From: Mobula hypostoma
Lineage: Eukaryota
DNA: 64,000 nucleotides
Direction of reading: 5' to 3'
Assembly: GCF_963921235.1 (NCBI RefSeq)
Contig: NC_086097.1
Location: forward strand, 225,930,001-225,994,000
In this document: one piece after another, positions 34,467 to 48,510 of the stretch
How positions within the stretch are numbered: position 1 is the stretch's first letter
Layout: every line of letters begins with the position of its first letter
The notes under the pieces: generated by a model
Told to the model about the DNA's origin: nothing
The model's input: the letters and a program-made list of their open reading frames with translations, nothing else
The model's database searches: none
Made by a program: the position numbers and the translations under genes

Positions 34467-37266
34467 TAAATCTACAAGTAATTTTTAAATGTGAAATATT
34501 AGGTGAGACCCTTCTCAATCTGGTCAAATGGCCACAATCATCCCTTTCACTGATTTCCTCCTTCTGTAATTCAGCACGTATTTCTCAATTATACTTCTGT
34601 AAAGTGCATTTGGATAGCTTTCCTATGAGAAATAAACTTGGTTTGGCATTGCTGGGAAAGAAAAACTAAATTGAGAGAGAATTCATTATGGGTGTCAATC
34701 TCTGAATGGCAATGAATGTGAATAATATACCAATTTAAAATTGGTGGAATTGACCTTACTAGTTGGATATTTCCTCAATAACCTGATCCTGTCCTGGGCT
34801 TTGTGATAGGTGTATCTTTTGAATCACAGCTCACTTCTCCAATCCTTCATTGACAAAAAGATAATAATGAACATCACTCATATGTTAACTCCCTAATACA
34901 CTGCAATTTTCCTGTTATATTGTCTGGAATATCAAGTCCAAAAACATTGAACATTAAGATAGCCACATTCTGTTTACTAAGTTGCTAAACTAATGATTGT
35001 AGCTAAGAAATTATTAGATACCAAAATTGGAAACAGTTGAGTGAGTAATGCTTCACTCTTTTGTGCTCATGGGTGCAATTGTGCCATTTACATAGAAACC
35101 AACTGAATTGTCCCTGACGATCCTTAGCAATTTTATCTGTAGGCATCATGGCTTGGTATGGCAACTGCTCTGCACATGACCACAAGAAACTGCAAAGAAT
35201 TATGATCACAGCTCATCACATCATGGGAACCAGCCTCCCTTTTATGGACAATATTTCTTGTCTCCAAGTACATGACAGCAAATCAACAGATAAATGAAAA
35301 ATAGAAGAAATGAAAATAAAGTAGAAAGAAAGCTGGATGAGATAGTGGCAAATAAGTGTTGCGGTAAATGAGAAGGTTAACAAGTTGGCGTTGGTGAAAA
35401 ACAGTGATGTTTTGTAGGCAGCTTACAAAACTTCTAAATACACTTCTGAACCACTCTCACTACAATCTGCAGCCTGTAATTTCACTTTAAGTACTAGATT
35501 CTTAACAAACGTGCCATTTCACAAAGTTCTGAAAGACTCAGTGGAATGCAAGTACAGCATCTTTAAGCAAATGAAGGTACATCGTCATGGCCGTAAGAGA
35601 GGGAGGAGGGGAGGATTCCAAGCAACACTAAAATGCCAGGGTATGAAACTTCCTCTATCCAGCAGCTTTTTAGCAAATAGACAGTTATTGGAGAACAAAA
35701 CTGAGGACCTAACAGCAAGTTTGCTGTATCAGAGGGAAATGAGGAATTGCTCTATTCTGTGTTTCACGGAGACGTGGTTCACTCCTGACACATCAGGTTC
35801 AGCAATCTGACCTGACGGCTTCTCAAGACACAGGATAGACTGGACTGGTGATTTTAGAGAAGGTAAAAAGTGGGATAGGGGGTGTCTGTGTTTTATGGTA
35901 AACTCTTTATTATACTTGGACATGGCAGTCTTGCCGCACTCTTGTTCCCCCAAACTAAAACATTGAATGATTTTGTGCCAACTGTTCTACTTACCAAGAG
36001 AGTTTACTCTGTGATTCTGACTGCAGGTTCCATACAATACCTTTAAAGGCCAATGTTGAGCAGGCACTCGAAGTACTGAATGCCACCATCAGCAAACGAG
36101 AAACAGCCTACCCTAGCACCTTTCAAATCATTGTTGGGGACATTAATCAAGCTTGTTTGAAGAAATCTCCACCCAATTATCATCAGTATACCACCTGCAG
36201 CACCAGGGTCCCAATTAACTCGACCTCTGCTGTACTACCACAAGGAATGTCTACCGTTCAATCACTAGAGTTCATTCTGGAAAATTGGATCATTTAGCTG
36301 TCTTCCTCCTTCCTGGATACATGCAGAGGCTAATGGCCAAGGCTCCAGAGACAAGTCCAACAAAGAGTTGGTTGCATGCGGCAGAAGAGCGGCTATGGGA
36401 TTTCTTTGCTTCGATGGACTGGACTCATCAGATGATCCAAATCAATACACTATGGATGTCACAAACTTTATAAAACCAGTCATAGATGAGTGTGTCCCTA
36501 CAAAATCATTCAGAGTCTTTCCTAACCAGGAGTCCTGTATGAACCACGAGAACTGCAGTGTGCTAAGGGCCAGATCAGTAGCATTCAGGTCTGGTGACCA
36601 AATCAAATACTTGATCTCTGGAAAGCCATCTGACATGTGAAGTGGCAATTCTTAAGCAAACTTGAGTCACTGAAGGATGCTTGACAGCCATGGCAGGACT
36701 TGAATACTATCACCTCCTGCAACATGAAGTTAGATGACACAGGTGACAACAAGGTTTCACTCCCAGGTGAGCTCAATGCTCTCTTTGACCAGCAAAATAT
36801 GGTGTTACCTACATGAACACCGCCCATGATGACCCTGTGATTTCAGAAACATGAAAGCATCCTTCAGGAATGTGAACCCATGGAAAGCATCCAGTCCAGA
36901 TTAGTACCTGGTCAAGTACAAAACACCTGTGCTGATCATCTGGCTGGAGTGCTCACTGGTATCTTTAACCTCTCACTTTGGCAGTCTGAGGTAGCCACCT
37001 GCTCAAGCAGGCTTCAGTTAACCAGTGCCTAAATAGAATGCAGTAATCTACCTCAATGACTATCATACATAGCACTTACATCTACTGTGATGATGTGCTT
37101 TGAGAGGTTGGTGATTAAACATAGCAACTCCTGCCTGAGAAGCTACTTGGATCTGTTCCAATTTGCCTACTGTCACAACAGGTCAACAACAGATGCCATT
37201 TAATTGGCTCTTCAATCAATCCTAGAACATCTGAACAGTGAAGATTCATACATCAGGATGCTCTTC

Positions 37267-39460
37267 AGAATGAGAATCAGGTTTAACATCACCAGCATAT
37301 GTTGTAAAATCTGTTGTTACGTGGTAGCAGTACATTGCACTACATAATAATAAAAAAACTGTAAATTACAGCAGGTACATTGCCTCCTGTCGCCTTCACC
37401 TCAATAATAAGCAAATGCTTTGAGAGGCTGGTCAAGGATTACATCTGCAGCTTGCTATCACCCACACTGAACCCCCTACAATTCACCTACTGACACAACC
37501 AATCGACAGACAATGCAATGGCCACTGTTCTACACACCATCCTTAGACATCTGGAGAAGAAGGATGCTTACGTGAGAGTGCTGTTCTTGGACTGCAGTCC
37601 AGCAATCAACACCATAATTCCATCCAGACTCGACAGGAAGTGCAGAGACCTCAGCCTTCACCCTGCCTTGTGTAGCTGGATCCTGGACTTCCTGTCAAAT
37701 CACTGGCAGGTGGTAAGGATGGGCTCCCTCACCTCTACCCCTTTGACCCTCAACACAGGTGCCCCTCAGGGCTGTGTACTAAGCCCCCTCCTTTACTCTT
37801 TGTATATCCATGACTGTGTTGCCACCCACAACTCCAATCTGGTAATTAAATTTGCTGCCAACACTGCACTAATAGGCCTAATCTCTAATAATAATGATGC
37901 AGCCTACAGAGAAGAAGTCATCACCCTGACACAGTGGTGTCAAGAAAACAACCTCTCCCTCAATGTCACAAAAACAAAGGAACTGATTGTGGATTACAGG
38001 AGAAATTGAGATGGGCTAACCCCTATTAACATCAATGGATCTGGTGTTGAGAGGGTAAGCAGCTTTAAGTTCCTTGGCATCCACATCACTGTGGACCTCG
38101 TGTGGTCTGTGCACACCAGATGTGTTGTGAAATATGCACAACAGTGCCTCTTTCACCTCAGACAGTTGAGGAAGTTTGGTATGGGGCCCAAATCCTAAGA
38201 ACTTTCTACAGGGGCAAAACTGAGAGCCTCCTGACTGGCTGCATCACTGCCTGGTATGGGAACTGTACCTCCCTTAATCCCAGGGTTCTGCAGAGAGTGG
38301 CGTGGACAGCCCAGCACATCTGTAGTTGTGAACTTCCCAGGATTCAGGAAATTTACAAAGACAGGTGCGAGAAAAGGGCCCGGAGTGTCACTGAGGACCC
38401 AAATCACCCCAACCACAGTCTATTCCAGCTGCTACCATCCGGAAAACAGTACCGCAGCTTAAAAGCCAGGATAAACAGGCTTCGGGACAGCTATTTCCAC
38501 CAGACCGTCAGACTGATTAACTCACACTGATTTGAATGTATTTCTATGTTACATTGACTGTTCTATTTATTATAAGTTATTATAAATTACTATGATTTCA
38601 CATTGCACATTTAGACAGACGTAATGTAAAGAATTTTACTCCTCAGGTAGGTGAAGGATGTAAGAAATAAAGAAAGTCAATTCAAGTTAATATATATATT
38701 TTTAAAAAGTTAAATTAAATAGCACAAAAAAAGAGAAAAAAATAGTAAGGTAGTATTCATGGGTTCAATACCCATTCAGAAATCTGGTGGCTGAGTGTAA
38801 GAAGCTGTTCCTGAGTTGTAGAGTGTGTGCCTTTAGGCTCCGGTACTTCCTACCTGATGGTAGCAATGAGAAGTGTGCTTGTCCTGGGTGGAGGCCCTTA
38901 CTGATTGATGCCACTTTTCTGAGGCATCTATCCTTGAAGATGTCCTGGAAGCTGAGGAGGCTAGTGCTCAAGATGGAGCTGACTGATTTCACAACTTCCT
39001 GCAGCTTGTTTCAACCCTGTGCAGTGGCCACCACACTCTCCCTCCCCCATACCAGATGGTGATGCAGCCAGTTGGAATGCTCGCCACAACATATCTATAG
39101 AAATTTGTGAGTGTCTTAGGTGACAGACCAAACCTCCTCAAACTCCTAATGTAATATTGTCGCTGTCATGCTTTCTTTGTAACTGCATCGATATGTTGGG
39201 CCCAGGATAGATCCTGAGAGATGTTGACACCCAGGAATTTTAAATTGCTCACTCTTTTCACTACTGATCCCTCATTAAGGACTGGTGTGTGTGCCCTAAT
39301 CTTACCCCTTCTGAAGTCTACAATCAATTTATTGGTCTTACTGATGTTGAGTGCAAGATTTTTTCTGTGACACCACTCAACCTGCTGATCTATCTTGCTA
39401 TCTACACCTTTTTGCCACCATATGAAATTCTGTCAGCAATAGTTGTGTTATCAGCAAACT
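37267..39460 (-). mobile_element. Rex1/Babar 3' part nested antisense (37267-37378 and 38686-39460)
   Basis: CLRKVASISK..FSLLPSGRKYRSLK and YKFADNTT; tail at 37267. Confidence 0.85.
37380..38685 (+). mobile_element. Rex1/Babar RT and 3' end (innermost insertion)
   Basis: YVRVLFLD..TGAPQGCVLSPLLYSLYIHDC..KTKELIVDYR, FQLLPSGKQYRS and a (CAATT)n tail. Confidence 0.92.
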
Positions 39461-40364
39461 TATAGATTACAGCTTTAGATTCAAGACTACCCAGATGAAT
39501 ATAAGAACTTATATTCTGCATAGCCTCTAACCTGATGCTTCTTCCAGCAAAAAAAAAATCCCCTTCCATTCCTTTTTCTTTTATTCCCCACCGTGGCCTC
39601 TTATCTCTTCTCAACTGCCTAATCAATAATCAATAAGCTTTAAGACCCAGGCCTCAATATCTCCTTCTGCAACTGGATCCTCGATTTCCTCACTTGCTGA
39701 CCCTAGACAGCTTGGATAGGCAACAACTGCTCCTCCACAATCACCACAAAGCTGTGTGCTTAGCCCCCTGTTGTACCCACTTAATACTTGTGACTGTGAG
39801 ACTAAGCCCAGCTCCAATGCCATAATTAACTTTGCTGATTACAACACCTAGTTGACCAATTCAAAGCTGGTGATGTACCAGCATATAGGAGGGAGATTGA
39901 AAATCTGCCGGAGTGATACCACCGCAACAACTTCTCACCAAGGAGTTGATTATCGAATTCCGGAGGAGGAAACCATAGATCCATGAGCCCTTCCTTATTG
40001 TGGGATCAGAGATAGAGAGGGTCAGCAGCTTTAAATTCCTTTGTATTATCATTTCAGATTATCTGTCCTGGATCTAGCACATAACTGCCATTACAAAAAA
40101 AGCATGGTAGTGCCTCTACTTTCTTAGAAGTTTGTGAAGATTCAGCATGTCATTTAAACTTTTGACTTATCAAATTCTGTGCTGAGAAATGGGAAGAAGT
40201 CATGTATATTTAAGGTCTGGAAATGCTGTAGTACTTCTTGCAGAACAAATCATTTCAAGTGCACTCTCACCCTCTCAGTTTCTGGTATGAGATTTACGTT
40301 GATGAAGAGCAAGGACATAGCAGATGACATTCTATTTGACATACTCTATGGTGAGGTACAAGAA

Positions 40365-40705
40365 GAAAATGATGAATGGAATGGTAGAATAGCATTGAAC
40401 ACAAAGCTTTACAGCACCAGTTGTAAGATGAGGGTTCAATCATTCCCACTGTCTCCAAGCGGTTTGCACATTCTCCTTGAGACTGTGTGGGTTTCCTCAG
40501 GAGGCCCCTGTTTCCTCACACGTTCCAAAGACGTATGGGTTGGTTGTAGTTGTGGGCACGATAGCATTGCCACTGGTAGCATAACAACACTTGCAGGCTG
40601 CCCTCAGCACACCCTCGGACCGTGTCGTTCATTGATACACGTAACGAGTTTCGCTGTGTTTCCATGATTCGATGTACATGTGGCAAACAAAGCTAATCTT
40701 TTAAA
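40365..40705 (+). mobile_element. V-SINE variant with a non-CR1 tail
   Basis: tRNA-like head (GGTTCAATC) and V-domain TTTGCACATTCTCC..GTGTGGGTTTCCTC..TCCAAAGACGT; ends GATGTACATGTGGCAAACAAAGCTAATCTT. Confidence 0.7.
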
Positions 40706-42924
40706 TATCTTTTAAAATGAGGTCAAAATAAAAATTAGAATGCTGAAATAATTTTACTCCAATTCCCCTGGCAAGAACTTGACAGGATTGGAATGTCTGC
40801 CTTTCCTAATTTAATTTAATTTAAATCAAAGTATGAACTGAGAATCAATCTATCAGTTTCCCACTGTGCAGGTTGTGTTAAAATAACCCAGATGTTTTGA
40901 AAATATGAAAATGTATATTGCACTGTTATGAAAATTTTACTGTTAAAAAGTCTAACAGTATTTATTGTATTTGCTGGTTCAACATTTTTAATAATTGGAA
41001 AATAAATACAATAATGTTTGATTAAACCCGCAAATTACGTCCTGATTGATGTTGCGCACATCTGGGGCAGTACTTTTGGATTTTATATGTGCCGTAATGC
41101 ATCTGAACTGCAGAAATATTACATGGATAACATGAGTCAGAAAAAAAATTCTACCAAGTATGCCCTGTGTATTTTTAAGTAGGCTTTGTATCTATTTCTA
41201 CCTTGGAGTTTGGAGACCCATGTGCCATTATTTGTAATTTACATTTTAGAGCTTTCTTAGCTCCACACTCTGATCTGTGTTACCTTGGCAACGATTACAA
41301 TTTTCCAGAGGAATTGTTTCATGTAAATCTTTTTTTCTCTCTCTCTTTTACTATAATGCACAAAAGGATACAAAAGTATATAAATGTGCAATAAACAAAG
41401 AATTACACAAAGCACTGTGGGCTAGATATATATTATTTCACACATGGAAGGACTCTATACAACTTGCTGTGTGTCAGTTGAATTTTGAGAGTTATTGTTC
41501 TTCCTCAGTGTTGAGAATACTATCTGCTTTTATATTCATAGAGATAATTATACCCCAGGGCTTATGGGTGTGAGTGTAATTACTGCACAGTAGAGTTCTC
41601 TCTTGTATTTCATGCTACAAAATGTCAGAAACTCTTATTTATTAATTATACTCCTGTGCTAAATTCTCTTAACTTTAGAAAACAAAGCAATACCGGGGAA
41701 CAGATTTCTGAATACATCAGCCTTGCCTTTGTGATGTTAGAGAACAATTGGCATTCATTGCACTAAAATATGATGCACCATTGACCGGTGAGACAGAGCA
41801 GTGACTTTTTTTCTGATTTCTTTAATGAATTCAGCATTATTGTTGATATATTCTGCAATTATCTTCAAAAAAGAAACCCCAGGACTCATTTTGCTTGGGT
41901 AAAACGTGTTGCAGTATTATGAAGACCTGTAAAAAATGAGATTTGCACCTCTAATGGAGATTCTTTTGCCCTTGCATCACACTCATCATAGTAATAACTG
42001 TCATTAGACTTCATTACTTGTACTGCATTGAGAAAATGATTTTATATGATTGCTGACTATATTCTGACTTAAATCCTTTGTCTTTGAATTGGCAATGACT
42101 AAGGATAGCTCTTGTTAGGTGAAAAGGTATCATTTTTTATTCTTTCTAGCAACTGTGACAAAGAAAGTAATTAAACAACAACTTAAAAGGTGTATTTCTT
42201 TGCATTTACCAGGGTGATAGATGACGGTAATGCAGAATTACATTTTCTTTTTGCACATAATAATAGCTTCACCATAGCTTGAAGTTACTAATTGACTTTT
42301 GGCTGGAGGTGTCAATTCCAAGCAGAGACTTGCGGAAGGAATGTCCAAAAAGACATTTTTTACATTAATAACACACAGAGTATATTTTCATCTTTAATGC
42401 TCAAGGGATAGAGCGTTGCATCGACCATTGGCGATGCAGGCACATACCTTTCAGTTTGTCTCCAGCACCTTGCTGGTAATCTGTCAGAGTGATAATCTGT
42501 CAAGGTGGTGAATCACGCACCCATTATAGTCTCGCCAGATTGAAATCAATTGTATGAAAACCAGATGAGATCTAACGGGTGAATAATCTGCTCCACTGGA
42601 GTACCACCCACACACCGCTGAAGCACAACACCTCATGCTGAGAGCACTAAAGGAGTATATTTAATCTTTTGTCATGTGCATAGTTATACACTGTTAAGAC
42701 AAAAATCAACAGGAATTGAAAACATTAAATCTCAAACACAAGTAAGATTCGCTCAATTTTTCCATATGTGAATAAAATAAAATTCAGTTTTCCGAGCTTT
42801 ATCTTTAGTGGATTTGTACTAGTTCTGCTATGTTTATGAATGTTTGGGTAATGATTAAATATCACTAATATTTGTATTCATATTCTTCCACTCAAGTATT
42901 CAAAGGTCATTCTGGAGACCTGGT

Positions 42925-43790
42925 ACTGGTGTTAGTTTATGATTGTTACATGGACGAAGATAAGTGAAAAGAGTGATACAGATCAAATAAAGAGTGTATT
43001 GTGCTCAAGTTAAGAGGGTGGCATGGTAGCACAGTGGTTAACACAACGCTTTACAGTATAGGTGACCCAGGTTCAATTCCCGCTGCTGCCTGTAGAGAGT
43101 TTGCCATTCTCCCCGTGACCGTGTGTCTTGGTTTCCTGCAAGTGCTCTGGTTTTCACCCACAGTCCAAAGACCTACTCTTTGTAAATTGAAACGTGATTG
43201 GGCTAGGGTTAAATCGGGGGTTGCTGGGTGGCATGGCTTGAAGGGCCGGAAGGGCCTATTCCACCCGTATCTCAATAAAATTTAAAAACTAAATAAATAA
43301 AATGGTAAAAACAACAGCAATGTGGAATAAAGTGGAAATGCTATCTAAAAAGTGCAGAGCAGGTAAGCAATAGAATGCAAGATCACAACCAGTTAGATTG
43401 TGATGTCAAGAGTCTATCTTACCATTCAAACGCTCCATGCTCGACCGTGGGAGGATAAAAGTTGTCCTCGAGGCTGGTGGAACGTGGTTTCAGGCTTTTG
43501 TATCTTCTGCCCAATGAGGTAGGGAGATGAGAGAATGTCTGGGGTAGGTGGGGTCTTTGATTATGCTGGCTGCTTTGCTGAGGCAATGAGAAGTATAGAC
43601 AGAGTCCATTGACGGAATCTGGTTCCCATGATGTGCTGAACTGTGTCCACAATTCTCTGCTGTTTCTGGTGGTCAAGTGCAGAGAGGTTGCCATACCAAA
43701 CTGTGAAGCATTCAGATAGTGTGTTTTCTGCAGTGCCTCAATAAAATAGGTAAGGGCTGACGGTGACATGCTGAATTTCTTTAGCCTCTG
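42925..43790 (-). mobile_element. Rex1/Babar 3' part split by a V-SINE
   Basis: LGRRYKSLKPRSTSLEDNFYP. Confidence 0.8.
43013..43298 (+). mobile_element. V-SINE/HE1-like tRNA-derived SINE
   Basis: A-box GGTAGCACAGTGG, B-box GGTTCAATTCC, V-domain, CR1-like GGGCCGGAAGGGCC 3' hairpin and (TAAA)n tail. Confidence 0.88.
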
Positions 43791-44969
43791 AGCATCTGAG
43801 TTACAGTGAACTTACCCCAGAAGTAGTAATTCCTCAATAATAATTCAATCGGTAAGGTTCACAAAAGCATTAGAACAACCCGTGATAGCAGGAAACTTAA
43901 TTTAACAGTCTCAGATAACTTCTGTAGGAGTCAATTATTTTTAATCAGCCCAAAAAGGTACTGGATAAAGGCTCTTATTCTGAGGCTCCATACTATGACT
44001 CCAAAAATCCTCCTTGACAAATTAGATGAGTAGCATAGAATGGTCACACAAAGCAAAATACCTTAAGGGAGAAAATGAACTCATGGCATATTTCACAAGG
44101 AGTGATATGTTTTCTTAACATTTCTGTTTATCAGGTAACATCAAATTGTAGATTTTTTTTACTAGGAACACATTTACTGGAAGCCAATTTATAGCTTGGA
44201 GCTCTTAGGACTTCTTCAGCTGGAATGAAGATGAATTCATGTCCAAATACAAAAATATGCATGTGTCCACTTGTCAGCTTGAAGAAGGTGCAGATGGAGC
44301 ATCTGATGAAAGTTAAGGCAGGGTGGCATCATGTCCTCAAAGGAGAATTCGATGCATTAACTTAAATAGCTAGAGATTAAAAACTAACGTTGAATATTTT
44401 TGTCAATAACCTTTGTCAACATACTTTGTTCTGTATCATCTGCCTATTATTCTAGATTATTTTGGAGGAACAAGAACAATAAAATCAGTGGTAGCTTAAC
44501 TTCTGAAAATATATGGCGATATATGATTGTGATCTAGTGATTCTATTATACAGCCTGTATTGCTGCTGACTAACATGTCTACTTTTGGTAAAGGTCAGAG
44601 TAGAAAAATGCACATATTGATCAAATTCAGTTTCACTTTTAGTCACCAGCTGGAAGAAATGTTTAGTTTCTTATTATTAGTTGCACAAACATTGGATTAA
44701 TACATTTAATGAAATCTTGGTTCTATTAAAATTCTTGCATGGAATAAAATTAATTATATTTTCATCTTGCTTAGAAGATTTGAAGAAACCTATGAGGAAT
44801 GATGTAAATAAAAAAAGGCCAGTTGGTTTTTTTCCAGCAATTGGCCAGTTGTCAATACAATGAGGAGATCCGATCTATAGTTAAAGAAATACCAGTTCTG
44901 TAAAACAAAACTTTATTCATTGCAATTTCCAAGAAATGTCTTTGTGAAAGCTTTGCTTTGTATTCACAT

Positions 44970-45585
44970 CAGAATATAGAATATTCCAGCATAGTGTAGA
45001 CACTTTAGCCCAGATGTTGTGCCGACCTTTTAACCAACTCTAAAATCAATCTAATCCTTTGGAGATCTTATAGAAACATTTTAAATTGTGAAAGGAATAG
45101 TTAAGATAGAGGCAGGAAAGTTGTTTTCACTGCTAGTTGAGACTAGAACTAGGGGACATAGCTTCGAGATTTAGGGAGTAGATTTAGGATGGAGATGAGG
45201 AGGAATTGCTTTTCCCAGTGAGTGGTGAGTCTGTGAAATTCTCTGCCCAATGAAGCAGTGGAGGGTACTTCAATAAATATATTTAAGACAAGGTCGGATA
45301 GATTTTAATAAGTGTTATGGGGAAAAGGCAGGAATGTGGAGATGAGTCCATGGCCAGATCAGCCATGATCTTATTGAACGGCGGAGCAGGCTCGATGGGC
45401 CTACTCCTGCTCCTATTTCTTATGAACTTATGTTCTTATGTTCCTTCCTACGTAACCCTCCATTTTCTATCATTCATGTGCCCATCTAAGAGTTCTTTAA
45501 GTGCTCATAATGTCTCTACCACCACTCCTGGAAGGGTATTCCATGCACCCTCTGCTCTTTGTGTAAAGAAATTACCTCTGACAAT
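44970..45585. mobile_element. CR1 3' end (-) interrupted by another CR1 3' end (+, 45061-45440)
   Basis: The inner copy has GDLIETF..TRGH and a TTCTTATG tail. The outer pieces are colinear with 31596-31830. Confidence 0.82.
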
Positions 45586-45712
45586 ATTAATACCTGTCTG
45601 CAGTTAAGTCTGCAATATGCTGACATGTCAGAAGGAATTCATTGGTGGAATAGCATTTGGGAAATGAAAGATGGTATTTATTTATTTAGAGATACAACAT
45701 GGAACAGACTTT

Positions 45713-48510
45713 TCATCTCCTTCGTGCAAGGGGGTTAGATGGGATGGAGTTTGTTAGGTGTGTTCACGGGGGTTTCCTGACACAATATGTGGATAAGCCA
45801 ACTAGAGGAGAGGCTGTACTTGATTTGGTATTGAGAAATGAACCAGGTCATGCGTCAGATCTCCTGGTGGGAGAGCCTCTAAGTTTCAGAACCTGGGCCT
45901 CTGTACCTTCCTCTGCAATTGGATTCTCAACTTCCAAACCGGAAGATCACAATCTGTGCGGATTGGTGATAATATCTCCTCCTTGCTGACAATCAAAGAT
46001 ATGTGGTTAGGCATAGCTCAAATACCATCTATAAATTTGCTAATGATACAACCATTGTTGGTAGAATCGAAGATGGAGATAAGAGGAGGTACAGAAGTGA
46101 GGTATGCCAACTAGTGGAATGGTGTAGCAGCAACAACCTTGTACTCAACATCGGTAAGACAAAAGAGCTGATTGTGGACTTCAGGAAGGGTAAGATGAAG
46201 GAACACATACAAATCCTCATAGAGGGATCAGAAGTGGAGTGTGAGCAGTTTCAAGTTCTTGGGTGTCAAGATCTCTGAACATCTAACCTGGTCCCAACAT
46301 ATCGATGTGGTTATAAAGAAGGCAAGACAGCAACTATACTTCATTAAGAGCTTGAAGAGATTTGGTAGGTCAACAAATACACTCAAAAACTTTTGTAGAT
46401 GTACCGTGGAGAGCATTCTGACAGGCTGCATCACTGTCTGGTATTGACGAGCTACTGAACAGGACCAAAAGAAGCTGCACAGGGTTGTAAATTTAGTCAG
46501 CTCCATCTTGGGTACTAACCTACAAAGTACCCAGGACATCTTCAAGGAGCAGTGTCTCAGAAAGTCAGCGTCCTTAATTAAGGACTTCCAGCACCAAGGG
46601 CATGCCCTTTCTTTACTGTTATCAACAGGTAGGGATGTACAGAAGCACACTCTCAGCGATTCAGGAACAGCTTCTTCCCCTCTGCCATCCAATTCCTAAA
46701 TGGACATTGAACCTAGGAACACTAACTTACTTTTTTAATATACTGTAATTGATCTACTTATTTATTTATTTATATTATTTCTTTTATCGTTTTCTTCTAC
46801 ACTATGTATTGCAAAGAACTGCCGCTGCTAAGTTAACAAATTTCATGACACATGCCAGTGATAATAAACCTGATTCTGATTCCTTCACCAAAGCACTGGA
46901 GAGGGATAGGAGCAGATAATTTGGGAAAATATTTATTTGGGGTAGGGGAAATATGATGCTATTAGGCAGGAACTTGAGAAAATAAATTGGGAGCAGATGT
47001 TCTCAGGGAAATACACGACAGAAATATGGCAAATGTTCAGGAAACATTTGAATGGAGTTCTGCATAGGTATGTTCCATTGAGGCAAGGAAAGGATGGTAG
47101 GGTTAAAGAACCATGGTGTACAAAGTATGTAGAAAATCTAGTTAAGAAAAAAAGAAAAGCTTACGAAAGTGTCAAGAAACTAGGTACTGTTAGAGCTCTA
47201 GAAAATTACAAGGTTGCTAATAGGAGCTGAATAATGGAATTAGGAGAGTCAGAATGGGGCCATGAGAAGGCCTTGGTGAGCAGGATTAAATAAATCCCCA
47301 AGGCATTCTACAAGTATGTGAAGAGCAAGAGGATGAGCCATGTGAGAATAGGACCAATCAGCTGCAATATTGGAGTTGGAGAAAGTAGCGGAGGTACATA
47401 ATGAATTCTTTGCTTCATTATTCACCAGGGAAAAAAGACTTTGCAATTGTAGAGATGACTTACAGTAGACTGAAATGCTTGAGCATATAGACATTAAGAA
47501 AGAAGATGTGCTGGAGCTTTTGAAAAGTATTAAGTTGGATAAGTCACTGGGACAGGATGAGATATACCCCAGGCAGCTGTGGGAAGTGCGGGAGGAGATT
47601 GGTGAGCCTCTTGCGATGATCTTCGTGTCATCAATAGGGATGGGAGAAGGATTGGAGGGTTGAAAATGTTGTTCACTTGTTCAAGAAAGTGAGTAGAGAT
47701 AACCCAGGAAATTATAGACCAGTGAGCCTGACTTCAGTAGTGAGCAAGTTGTTGGAGAATATCCTGAGAGGCAGGACTTATGAGCGTTTGGAGATACATA
47801 ATCTGATTAGGTATAGTCAGCATGGCTTTGTCAATAGCAGATCATGCCTTATGATCCTGATTGAATTCTTTGAGGATGTAACAAAACACACTGATGAAGG
47901 TAGAATAGTAGATGTAATGCATATGGATTTCAGTACGACATTTGATAAGGTTCCCCATGCAAGTCTCCTTCAGAAAGTAAGGAGGCCATGGGATCCAAGG
48001 AGACCTTGCTTTATGGATCCATAATTGGCTTGCCCACAGAAGGTAAGGGGTGGTTGTAGATGATATGTATTCTGCATGGAGGTCAGTGACCAGTGGTGTT
48101 CTATAGGGATCTGTTCTGGGACCCCTCCTCTTTGTGATTTTTATATATGACCTGGATGAAGAAGTAGAAGGTGGATTAGTAAGTTTGCTGATGATACAAA
48201 GGTTGAAATGGATAACATGAGGGGACATAGTTTTAAGGTGCTTAGAAATAGGTACCGAGGGGATGTCAGGGGTAAGTTTTTCACACTGAGAGTGGTGGGT
48301 GCGTGGAATGTACTGCTGGCAGCAGTGGTGGAAGTGGATGCAATAGGTTCTTTTAAGAGCCTCTTAGATAGGTGCATTGAGCTTAGAAAAATGAAGGGCT
48401 GTGTGCTAGGGAAATTCTAGGCAGTTTCTAGAGTGGGTTACATGGTTGGCACAACATTGTGGGCCAAAGGACCTGTAATATGCTGCAGATTTTTATGTTC
48501 TATGTTCTTT
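45713..48510 (+). mobile_element. CR1 ORF2, decayed, with a Rex insertion and an internal deletion
   Basis: PTRGEAVLDLVL and PGNYRPVSLTSVV..FDKVPH; FADDTKV is joined directly to EMDNMRGHSFKV. Confidence 0.9.
45880..46880 (+). mobile_element. Rex1/Babar RT and 3' end nested in CR1
   Basis: YKFANDTTIVG..KTKELIVDFRK, ESILTGCITVWY and the AAACCTGATTCTGATTC tail. Confidence 0.9.

Larger units (their letters stand above)
35440..40165 (+). mobile_element. Near full-length decayed Rex1/Babar LINE (APE + RT) with nested insertions
   Basis: RKRGRRGG..FLANRQLLENK..ILCFTETW and DHLAVFLLPGY. The RT is broken at MLF|IDYS (37266/39461). Confidence 0.88.

Noticed and set aside
40179..40667. 162-aa ORF
   Set aside because: It reads through a V-SINE and has no domain.
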